Source: Vibrio vulnificus CMCP6
GTDB taxonomy: Bacteria > Pseudomonadota > Gammaproteobacteria > Enterobacterales > Vibrionaceae
DNA length: 32,000 nt
Assembly (NCBI RefSeq): GCF_000039765.1
Contig: NC_004459.3
Span: 2,001,127-2,033,126, forward strand
Reading direction: 5' to 3'
The translations under genes and the position numbers were made by a program. Shown one piece after another: positions 24,267-31,818 of the stretch. The notes under the pieces were generated by a model, which was not told where the DNA came from, ran no database searches, and saw only the letters and a program-made list of their open reading frames with translations. How positions within the stretch are numbered: the first letter of the stretch is position 1; the number at the start of each line of letters is the position of its first letter.

Positions 24267-25595
24267 TCACGATTGGATTTCAGCAGCTTGTATATCATCC
24301 GCTTTGCTACGTAGAGCTAGGTACAACACCCAAGTGATTAGCGCATCAGCAGTAATGCCCAAGCCGAACATTATGGCGATTCGTTCAAGCGTAGGTACAA
24401 AGATACCGATTTGATAAAGCACAAAAGCACAACCGTAAAACAAGGTGTTTACGATAAGTGATTGATACAGCATTAAATCCGTGCGTCCAATACCATAAAA
24501 GTAACTGTCGATGACATTGTTTAAACTGAAAATGACATAGAACCCAACCATTAGCCAAACTAGACTGGTGATTGATTCTGGGTTCTCTATCCCCATGACA
24601 TCGGCTATAAAGCTGTTCCAAAGCGGTGCGGTTAGTATCCAAATAGCAATAATTCCCAACGTTATCCAAAGGTAGCAATTGACTCGCTCCGATGTTAATC
24701 CATTATTTGTTGCAGCATCTTGCTTAACCAGTTGCCCTAATGTCAAAACGGGAAGTAGTAGCCAGCCCCAAATAAATTGATTAGCAACCCAGAATGTTCC
24801 CGCTTGTTGTACTTGGTTAATAAGCTGAAGAATCATGACAATAAAGGCAGTATTTCGCACGAGTGACTCAAGCCCTGACTTCCATCCAATCTTTGCCCAT
24901 TCTTTGAGCCATTGCGACTGCTCTCCTTTAGAAAACTTGAAGCTCAGAGTGATCCCTGATTTAGATAAATAAATCAGGGCAAACAGTGCGAGAAGACTAT
25001 TGACTACGATATTACTCAGAGCAATACCATTCACTCCAAACTGAAGGGAGTAAGGTAGTTGACTGACGAAGACGCTGTCACAAAGGACAGTCATGAGCAT
25101 TTGTACTATTAGAAGGCCATACAGCGCCTTTCGTTCATTTCTTAGGACGAGAACCAAAGACAAAAAAGCATAGAAGCTGGAGAGCAAAATAGCGGCAGAT
25201 TCCAATCGAATGTATTGGATCGTTTGGGTCAATAATTCAGCCTGTTGCTGCATAGCATCTACAAAATTCGGGGCTAGCCACAATACCATTAAGGTCACCA
25301 CAAAGTAGCAAATTAAGGTAACCAAAAGAGATAGACTGGCTCGTTCGCGAAAAGCTTCATTACTATGAATAACTCTGCCTAGAATAAATGCTAGAGGGAT
25401 AAGTAATGCTTCGCTGAGGACTTCATATCCTACATTTAGCCATGCAACTTGTGCTGCAATGCTAAAAGTCCATGGGCTAGGGATGCTGCCCAAGAAATGG
25501 ATTCGTGTAGTTGAGTAGATTAATGGTATTAAGCTTGTCAGAATCAGCACTAGCCACAGTTGGTAGTTGATTGTTTTTATTTGATGATGTTTCAA
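24267..25595 (-). CDS. Polytopic membrane protein, MATE/MOP-superfamily-like (exporter or flippase type)
   Basis: 442 aa, hydrophobic throughout with many (about 10-12 by eye) TM segments. TTG start 3 nt after the upstream stop, with AAGG upstream, suggesting translational coupling. Confidence 0.55.
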   Translation of the reverse strand: MKHHQIKTINYQLWLVLILTSLIPLIYSTTRIHFLGSIPSPWTFSIAAQVAWLNVGYEVLSEALLIPLAFILGRVIHSNEAFRERASLSLLVTLICYFVVTLMVLWLAPNFVDAMQQQAELLTQTIQYIRLESAAILLSSFYAFLSLVLVLRNERKALYGLLIVQMLMTVLCDSVFVSQLPYSLQFGVNGIALSNIVVNSLLALFALIYLSKSGITLSFKFSKGEQSQWLKEWAKIGWKSGLESLVRNTAFIVMILQLINQVQQAGTFWVANQFIWGWLLLPVLTLGQLVKQDAATNNGLTSERVNCYLWITLGIIAIWILTAPLWNSFIADVMGIENPESITSLVWLMVGFYVIFSLNNVIDSYFYGIGRTDLMLYQSLIVNTLFYGCAFVLYQIGIFVPTLERIAIMFGLGITADALITWVLYLALRSKADDIQAAEIQS

Positions 25596-25598
25596 TTT

Positions 25599-26885
25599 TT
25601 AAGCCTTGTTATCTTCACTAGGGATCTCGTGGAGAAAGCAACTCTCCACAGAGAAATAGCCATTACTTTTAATCAGTTGTTTCTTTCTAAGCCGTTCGAA
25701 CAGTGTGATTAGGTACTGATAAAGCTCAGTATATTGCGCTGTACTGATATGAGTTGCTGAGCAGTTAAATACTTGCCATGGGAAATTAATCAATGTTGTA
25801 GCGGCATGTTTGGGAAGGTAGTTGTGTTTAAACTCACTTAGCAATAAATGTTCTAGCTGAACACAATAGTGCTGGATGATAGAGCAGTGAAAGTGGTACT
25901 TGTAACTGTCGTTGTTAGCGATAAGGTTCGGTAAGGAGCAAAATAAAAAGTAAACCTGAGCGGCCAACTCTTTGGCTTGCTTTCGCTCGCTTGTATGTGT
26001 TTTGGTAACGGCGTCTAATTGTTCTGCAAGACCAAGCTCACCCTTTAAAATAGTGAAATGAACGTTGTAGATTTGTGACTCACGATAATAAAGAGAAATG
26101 TCAGACAGCGATTGGCCTATAACGATTTCTATAAGCAAACGGTCTTGTGTCCTAAGAGTGATTTTCGACCCCAAAATATCGGTATGAGCCACTTGTTCAC
26201 CGAACAATCTAAGGAGTCTTTCATGCCAACCTTGAACCGAAATCGATGACTGAATAAATAAATCGATATCAGAGCGCTTTGTTAACTGATTAGCCCCCAA
26301 GCTTCCGTAAAGTAGAGCTATAGGTACGCTTGTATCTGTGCTCAATACTTTATTCAGCTTACTGACCCAAGTGTGTTGAGATAATGGGAAGGCCGTCCAG
26401 AAGGCATCAAAGTTATCAGAGAAGTCAAAACTGTAAGACTGCCAAATCTGTCTTTGCCAGTGAGTTTCTAGCTCTATCGGTATGATTTTATCTTCCAAAA
26501 ATCTAATAGTTTCATCAACAGCTTGCAGTTTTTTGTAGGATGATGGGTAAGGGATTTCTGAGTATTTCTCGTCATCAATTGCATTGATGCTCTGCTCAAT
26601 ATCTCTAGTGCAACAGATTAATATGCCTGTTTTCCTATCTAATTGATTGGTAAGAAGGCTAGCTGTTTGACCGTATCCTGTAAATTCAACAATAGCGTTT
26701 TCCTGTTGTTTAACCGCAGCAAGGAAATGCTCACAAGCAAGTTGCTCACCTTGCTCGGTTCCATCGCCAAAGCGAATTCGATACTCATCTAAAGATAAAT
26801 AAGGGAACTCAGGCAAACGTCCTTGTATTTGTTTACTTAACGTTGTTTTACCTGAATTTAGGTTACCAAAAATATAGATATGCAT
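25599..26885 (-). CDS. Fusion protein: N-terminal P-loop NTPase/kinase-like domain, pol-beta nucleotidyltransferase domain, helical C-terminal domain
   Basis: 428 aa. Walker A G7NLNSGKTT. NTase signature YG194S-x10-D206ID208LF. All-helical C-terminal ~170 aa. Lies 56 nt downstream of hsdR on the same strand. Confidence 0.6.
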   Translation of the reverse strand: MHIYIFGNLNSGKTTLSKQIQGRLPEFPYLSLDEYRIRFGDGTEQGEQLACEHFLAAVKQQENAIVEFTGYGQTASLLTNQLDRKTGILICCTRDIEQSINAIDDEKYSEIPYPSSYKKLQAVDETIRFLEDKIIPIELETHWQRQIWQSYSFDFSDNFDAFWTAFPLSQHTWVSKLNKVLSTDTSVPIALLYGSLGANQLTKRSDIDLFIQSSISVQGWHERLLRLFGEQVAHTDILGSKITLRTQDRLLIEIVIGQSLSDISLYYRESQIYNVHFTILKGELGLAEQLDAVTKTHTSERKQAKELAAQVYFLFCSLPNLIANNDSYKYHFHCSIIQHYCVQLEHLLLSEFKHNYLPKHAATTLINFPWQVFNCSATHISTAQYTELYQYLITLFERLRKKQLIKSNGYFSVESCFLHEIPSEDNKA

Positions 26886-26902
26886 TGTGACTTGAGGTCG
26901 TT

Positions 26903-26931
26903 AACCAAGCTAAAGAAACTCTAGCTTGGTT
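26903..26931 (-). other. 10-bp perfect hairpin between hsdR and the P-loop/NTase gene, without a U-tract
   Basis: aaccaagcta/9-nt loop/tagcttggtt. On the minus strand it is followed by aacgacc, so it is not a canonical intrinsic terminator and read-through from hsdR is plausible. Confidence 0.4.
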
Positions 26932-26941
26932 TAAATGGTGA

Positions 26942-29419
26942 TTAGGCTGATTGATAAATCTCAGCTTCCAACTCAGAAATTGCTTCTAAATACTGCTCTT
27001 TACCACCAAAGCACTTTTTGACGATTTCAGCAGGGCGTCCCATCTCGTCAAAAGGCTTAACTTTGAGTACATGAATATTTTCAATCTCTTGAACGCCTTC
27101 GTCTGCGTACTTGTCTAGTAAGTTGTTCAACACCTGCTGAGCCGTTTCACCGTACTTAGTGAAGTAGTTGCGCTTTTTGACGTTGTCAGCGCGTTCTTTT
27201 CTGGTGAGTGCTGGTTGGTCATACACGACATGACAAATCATGTCGAATGGGTCGAGATCTTTGCCTACTTCCAGCTCTAACGCTTCCCAGATAATGCCTT
27301 CCTCTGCCAGTTCATCAATGATTGCTTGCTTTTTATCGGCATCTTGCCAGCGCTTAACAAAGTCATCCATTGAGGTGAACTGTTTTGCCATCGTCTTGCG
27401 GGTATAGTCTTTGAACGATTCGGTTACGAGTTTACCGTCGGAATCGTAGTATTGAACACGTTCGGCAATGGCTTTCACCGTTACACCGTTGACATGGAAC
27501 TTTCTAACTCGGTTTTCATCCTGCCAATCATCATCGGAATTGCTACCGTCAGAAGGAGATGAACCTGAGTCGTATGAAGCCTCTGGTTCATGGATGCTTT
27601 CAGGGTCAATATCATCCCCTTCAAATGGATTATCTTGTTCAAGTTCATCCTCATCATCGATGATCTCATCGAGTCCTTCATTGGTATCGAAGTCTTCTGG
27701 TTTTGTCTCTTTAACTCGCTCAGGTACACCATCAAAGCGCTCATCAGCGAACAGTTCAGTCGCCTTTTTGAAGTCGAGAATGGTAAACCATAGCTTTCCG
27801 TAACGATCATCAATACGAGTGCCGCGACCGATGATCTGCTTAAACTTAGTCATCGACTGGATGCCTTGGTCAAGAACAACCAGTTTGCAAGTTTTGGCAT
27901 CGACACCTGTTGTCATTAGCTCTGAGGTGGTTGCGATAACAGGGTAAGCCTTTTTGGGATTAATGAAGTTATCAAGCTGAGCTTTGCCGATTTCATCATC
28001 ACCTGTAATTTTCATTACGTATTTTTCATTTTTAGCAACTTGCTCAGGATTGCAGTTGATTAGCGCTCGACGCATACGCTCTGCATGGTCAATATCATTA
28101 CAGAACACAATGGTCTTAGCCATAGGGTCGGTACGCTTGAGGTAGCTGGTTATGGTCTTTGCAACAAGCTCTGTTCGCTCATCGATGACCATGGTTCTGT
28201 CGAAGTCTTTCTGGTTGTAGATCCTGTCTTCGATAACTTCACCATGTTTATCGACTTGCCCTTTGGTTGGTCGCCAACCTTGTAAATCTACATCGATATC
28301 CACACGCACAACTTTGTAAGGGGCTAAGAAACCGTCTTCAATGCCTTGCTTTAGAGAGTAGGTATAAATGGCGTCGCCAAAGTACTCGGTGTTAGACACG
28401 ATATCGGTTTCTTTCGGTGTCGCGGTTAGTCCTATTTGAGTCGCTGAACCGAAATACTCAAGAATCTCGCGCCATGCGCTGTCCTCAGCGGCACTACCAC
28501 GATGGCACTCGTCAACGACAATAAGGTCAAAGAAATCTGGATCGACTTGTTTGTATGCTTTTTGGTGCTCTTCTGGGCCAGTCAGAGCTTGATACAGAGC
28601 TAGGTGGATTTCGTAAGCGGGATCGACGCTTCTCCCTGTGACTTTGGTCATAGCGGTGCCAAACGGTTGGAAGTCGTTGGTCTTGGTTTGATCGACCAGA
28701 ATGTTTCTGTCCGCCAAAAACAGGATGCGTTTTTTGGCTCGGGACTTCCATAGTCGCCAAATAATCTGGAATGCAGTGTAAGTTTTGCCCGTACCCGTTG
28801 CCATAACCAAGAGTACACGGTTTTGTCCTGCTGCGACCGCTTCCACGGTTTTGTTTATCGCTTGTAGCTGATAGTAGCGCGGAGACTTACCGCTACCATC
28901 ATCATGGTAATCTTGAGTAATGACTGGAAGGTGCTCGGTTTTGTAGCCTTTCCAAACGCAGTACTTGTCCCATAGTTGCTGAGGTGTCGGGAAGTCTTCA
29001 AGTCGAATTTCAGTTTCGAGTTGAGCTGGGTTGGTTTTGTCGTGGAAGATAAAACCGTCGCCATTTGAGGCAAAAACAAAAGGGACTTCAAGTAGGCTGG
29101 CGTAATCTAGTCCTTGTTGCATACCTTTGCCGACTTCATGCTTGTTCGCTTTTGCTTCGACAACGGCTAGAGGCATGCTCGGTTTATGGTAAAGGACGAT
29201 GTCCGCAGACTTAACTTTTTTCCTCGCCGCTGCCTGACCACGAACAATGACCTTACCGTCACGTAGTTTTACCTCTTGACGGATTTGAGACATATCATCC
29301 CATCCAGCATCTTTGATAGCAGGAAGAATGAATTTCGTGATGATGTCGGTTTCAGATAGCTTTGATTTATTGATTGTCGATTCCATGCGATTAGCCAGCT
29401 CAGTACAAATGCATTTCAT
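26942..29419 (-). CDS. hsdR: Type I restriction enzyme R subunit HsdR (EcoEI/type IB-like C-terminal domain)
   Basis: 825 aa. N-terminal PD-(D/E)xK nuclease (ADIVLY...AVVEAKAN), SF2 helicase motifs MATGTGKT and DECH. Acidic linker, then an EcoEI-R-type C-terminus. An alternative start MESTINK lies at 29386. Confidence 0.9.
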   Translation of the reverse strand: MKCICTELANRMESTINKSKLSETDIITKFILPAIKDAGWDDMSQIRQEVKLRDGKVIVRGQAAARKKVKSADIVLYHKPSMPLAVVEAKANKHEVGKGMQQGLDYASLLEVPFVFASNGDGFIFHDKTNPAQLETEIRLEDFPTPQQLWDKYCVWKGYKTEHLPVITQDYHDDGSGKSPRYYQLQAINKTVEAVAAGQNRVLLVMATGTGKTYTAFQIIWRLWKSRAKKRILFLADRNILVDQTKTNDFQPFGTAMTKVTGRSVDPAYEIHLALYQALTGPEEHQKAYKQVDPDFFDLIVVDECHRGSAAEDSAWREILEYFGSATQIGLTATPKETDIVSNTEYFGDAIYTYSLKQGIEDGFLAPYKVVRVDIDVDLQGWRPTKGQVDKHGEVIEDRIYNQKDFDRTMVIDERTELVAKTITSYLKRTDPMAKTIVFCNDIDHAERMRRALINCNPEQVAKNEKYVMKITGDDEIGKAQLDNFINPKKAYPVIATTSELMTTGVDAKTCKLVVLDQGIQSMTKFKQIIGRGTRIDDRYGKLWFTILDFKKATELFADERFDGVPERVKETKPEDFDTNEGLDEIIDDEDELEQDNPFEGDDIDPESIHEPEASYDSGSSPSDGSNSDDDWQDENRVRKFHVNGVTVKAIAERVQYYDSDGKLVTESFKDYTRKTMAKQFTSMDDFVKRWQDADKKQAIIDELAEEGIIWEALELEVGKDLDPFDMICHVVYDQPALTRKERADNVKKRNYFTKYGETAQQVLNNLLDKYADEGVQEIENIHVLKVKPFDEMGRPAEIVKKCFGGKEQYLEAISELEAEIYQSA

Positions 29420-29550
29420 GACTATACCAAAGGATGCATAAAAGCAGAAAAGATACTGACTTATCAGTGAAGTGGATGGTGTTTTCTAAAATTGGCAAAG
29501 GAAATACACAGGTAGAAATCTACACTGCGAGAGCAGTGTAGTTGTTCGTG

Positions 29551-29573
29551 AAAAAGCTTAAGGGCTTAAGCTT
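29551..29573 (-). terminator. Intrinsic terminator of the XRE gene
   Basis: aagcttaa/gggc/ttaagctt, followed on the minus strand by tttt, 3 nt after the TAG at 29577. Confidence 0.5.
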
Positions 29574-29576
29574 CTC

Positions 29577-29807
29577 CTAATCCAGTAAGTCAGTTCGATC
29601 TTTGGGTAAAAGATCAGTCACTTCACAATCGAGGACTCGAGCTAGCTGATAAAGCTTTTCAACTGTGATTCGAACGCCATCTCTTTCTACCTTACCTAAG
29701 TAACCTCGACTAAAGCCCGCCTTGATACTCGCATCGGAGCTTGATAGTCCGATTTTTGTTCGTTTATCAATGATATTTTGAGCTATTTCTTTTGCTAAAT
29801 TATTCAT
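29577..29807 (-). CDS. XRE-family helix-turn-helix transcriptional regulator
   Basis: 76 aa. IIDKRTKIGLSSSDASIKAGFSRGYLGKVERDGVRITVEKLYQLARVLDCEV is a canonical Cro/C1 HTH. Confidence 0.8.
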   Translation of the reverse strand: MNNLAKEIAQNIIDKRTKIGLSSSDASIKAGFSRGYLGKVERDGVRITVEKLYQLARVLDCEVTDLLPKDRTDLLD

Positions 29808-29889
29808 ATCGTTACATGACGAAGTTTCTTTTCAGTTTACATCAGTGATTGAATTGACTCCATGATAATCACTTGACTTAAACACGGGC

Positions 29890-29931
29890 GGGTAATATAT
29901 TACCCAATATGGATTGGATAATATATTATTC
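29890..29931. promoter_or_regulatory. Two related palindromic operators (GGGTAATATATTACCC and GGATAATATATTATTC)
   Basis: A perfect 16-bp palindrome at 29890-29905. A second site at 29916-29931 shares the 10-bp core TAATATATTA, 26 bp centre to centre. Both lie between the divergent XRE and 174-aa genes; the second abuts the RBS of the + gene. Confidence 0.5.
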
Positions 29932-29948
29932 ATTTGATAAGGAAGTAT

Positions 29949-30473
29949 ATGAGAGTAGGTACTAAAGAGTTGTACAAAATCGGTTTGGAAACTCTTCAGC
30001 ATTATGAGCAAGAAGAGTACTTCAGCTTGTTTAGTTACCGAAAGCTTTTGAGGCCTTTTCTCGAGACGCATTACTGCATTGATGAACATATTGAGCGTTT
30101 TAATAATCAGTCTTATCGAATTTTGAAAATACTAGAACAGGAAGGGAAGGTTGTGCGATTAAGTCCCCCTCGAATAAATAACGCTCAATTTGTTGCAGTC
30201 GGAGGCACAAAAGTCACACAAGAAAAGCATAGAGTAGGCCAAGGGTATTTAGAGTCTGAGCTAGTTAGCGAAGAGCGACAATACCAAGATCAGTTGAACA
30301 CTAAACTTGTTGAAATTAATGACCAAATAGTTGCGCATAAAGAACTGCTGGATCTATTTCCAGTTCATGGTGAACATTTGAACAACGAAATAGAAAAGCT
30401 AGAGCGTGAAGCATTACTTACTGAATATAAGAAAGAAATTATGGGGAAGATTATTAATCAAGAGAAACGCTAA
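29949..30473 (+). CDS. Hypothetical 174-aa protein (globular N-terminus, coiled-coil-like C-terminus)
   Basis: ATG at 29949 preferred over the track's TTG at 29934 because AAGGAAG sits just upstream. C-terminal half is heptad-like (QYQDQLNTKLVEINDQIVAHKELLDL...EIEKLEREALLTEYKKE). No family recognised. Confidence 0.55.
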   Translation: MRVGTKELYKIGLETLQHYEQEEYFSLFSYRKLLRPFLETHYCIDEHIERFNNQSYRILKILEQEGKVVRLSPPRINNAQFVAVGGTKVTQEKHRVGQGYLESELVSEERQYQDQLNTKLVEINDQIVAHKELLDLFPVHGEHLNNEIEKLEREALLTEYKKEIMGKIINQEKR

Positions 30474-30553
30474 TCGTACATAAGGGTGGTTCTCGACCTG
30501 CGGTCCGCACTATAGGAACTAGCACCAGGTTCGGAATTGGACTCTCTTTGTAG

Positions 30554-30575
30554 TCATTCCCATGCGTGGGAATGA
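30554..30575. repeat. Hairpin TCATTCCCA-tgcg-TGGGAATGA (copy 1 of the ATTCCCA-N4-TGGGAAT motif)
   Basis: Perfect 9-bp stem, read directly. Confidence 0.6.
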
Positions 30576-30620
30576 GCCAGCGGTTCGATAGTGATTTGTG
30601 AGATGTTATGGGATCTTGCT

Positions 30621-30883
30621 TTAGTGTGTGGGGTAAATTTCGCAACTTTCAATAAATAAGCTTTGTTCGGCTGCAAACTCTTCGAGAATTGAGTCGACGA
30701 TGTTGACGTAGTTGGAATAGCGACTGAAAAAAACGAAACATGAGTCTTCTCACTGTTGAGCATAGCGCGAACCTTGTTCATTCCGTTGTCTACATAAAAT
30801 TGACCTTTGCGATCTCACTGGACGACATTTTGTCCATTAAACTTCGTCCTAGATAAAACGTTCAGTATTTCACTTGTGTCCAT
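30621..30883 (-). pseudogene. Possible decayed ORF (in-frame TGA plus a frameshift at an A7/T7 run)
   Basis: ATG at 30883 gives MDTSEILNVLSRTKFNGQNVVQ, then TGA (30815-30817), then the same frame continues DRKGQFYVDNGMNKVRAMLNSEKTHVSFF. After the homopolymer at 30727-30733 another frame reads the protein-like SRYSNYVNIVDSILEEFAAEQSLFIESCEIYPTH*, while the original frame turns low-complexity. Confidence 0.25.
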
Positions 30884-30962
30884 CTGCGGGGGTGGGGCTA
30901 ACTTCTTACGGCATTGAGGCATTGCTAATTTCAGTTATCTCGAATAGATAAGAAGATATCAT

Positions 30963-30988
30963 ACCTATTCCCAATCGTGGGAATAGGT
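30963..30988. repeat. Hairpin ACCTATTCCCA-atcg-TGGGAATAGGT (copy 2 of the ATTCCCA-N4-TGGGAAT motif)
   Basis: Perfect 11-bp stem, 25 nt downstream of the stop of the 31014..31805 gene. It may double as that gene's terminator. Confidence 0.6.
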
Positions 30989-31013
30989 TATCGTGATGCA
31001 AAGTGTATTATTT

Positions 31014-31805
31014 TTAGCTTGGATGCCGTTTGTTGGTAGTTTTAGAAAACTCGCCGCGCTCTTCTAAGCGACCTTCTAAGTTAGCTTTCTTGATAAGCGT
31101 TTCTTGCAAGAGGGCAGCAGTTCGCTCAAGTTCTTTTCTCATATTCTGATTTTCAGATTTAATCTTCGCATTGTTGTCTTCTAAAATCGCGTTTTCACGC
31201 TGTAAGGCAAATGAAGAGTCTGAACTGGCTTGCAAAGTTGAGGCTCTGTTTTCAAGTACGCTCACTTCGGTTTTTAAGCGCTCATTGTCGATCTTTAGTT
31301 CACTAAGTTGCGCAGGTAGTTCTTTCAGCTCATCAAGTTTGTCTTGAAGCTCTTCGACCAGCTCACTGGATTGTAATGCTTGTAGGCGTTTCTGTTCAGA
31401 ACAGTGTTCAGCTATCTTTACTCGACTTTCTACAATACTAGCAATGTCACTCTCTACAGCTTGCCACAAAGCCGCTATGTCGAGTTTTAGTGCAGTTTCT
31501 AGCGGGCTGGAAAACCACTGGGGAACTTCTCGATTATATCGATTCGCATTAGGTTGAGCAGAATCGAGTATTTGAAATGCTATTTGAGCTTTTACATACC
31601 TCCCACCAACCGCGGCTTGTAATTGGGCTGGGTTCTCAAAACATTTTCCTTCCGCTTTTGCAGCTTCGTAAGCGTCAAGCATCACGTCGAAGGTAATGCC
31701 TTTATCGGGATCTTTGTTCGCGTTATGCATCTCTTGAATAAATTGCTGTTTAAGCTTGGTACGTAAGTCTGTAATGTAAGTGCGTTCGTTAGTTTGTATG
31801 TTCAT
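31014..31805 (-). CDS. Coiled-coil protein, KfrA_N-like DNA-binding N-terminus (tentative)
   Basis: 263 aa. The C-terminal two-thirds are a long heptad-rich coiled coil (ELVEELQDKLDELKELPAQLSELKIDNERLKTEVSVLENR...). N-terminal LQAAVGGRYVKAQIAFQIL resembles the KfrA N-terminal motif. Starts 13 nt after the alpA-like stop. Confidence 0.55.
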   Translation of the reverse strand: MNIQTNERTYITDLRTKLKQQFIQEMHNANKDPDKGITFDVMLDAYEAAKAEGKCFENPAQLQAAVGGRYVKAQIAFQILDSAQPNANRYNREVPQWFSSPLETALKLDIAALWQAVESDIASIVESRVKIAEHCSEQKRLQALQSSELVEELQDKLDELKELPAQLSELKIDNERLKTEVSVLENRASTLQASSDSSFALQRENAILEDNNAKIKSENQNMRKELERTAALLQETLIKKANLEGRLEERGEFSKTTNKRHPS

Positions 31806-31818
31806 TCACTTACACCCC

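Noticed and set aside
29832-30089. 85-aa minus-strand ORF across the XRE operator region and the start of the 174-aa gene
   Set aside because: It runs antisense to a better-supported gene and through the palindromic operators, and it lacks an RBS.
30520-30595. tRNA-like or att-like fragments (GGTTCGGAAT, GGTTCGATAG) that could mark an island junction
   Set aside because: No cloverleaf or acceptor stem can be drawn, and the sequence does not match the 3' end of the tRNA-Arg at 14405..14481. The T-loop resemblance is probably coincidental.
30454-30781. Track ORFs 30454..30645 and 30554..30781 taken as intact genes
   Set aside because: The 75-aa ORF turns low-complexity (TTSTSSTQ) after a homopolymer, while another frame stays protein-like. 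It is better explained as part of a decayed gene (see the pseudogene entry). The 63-aa ORF has no supporting signals.
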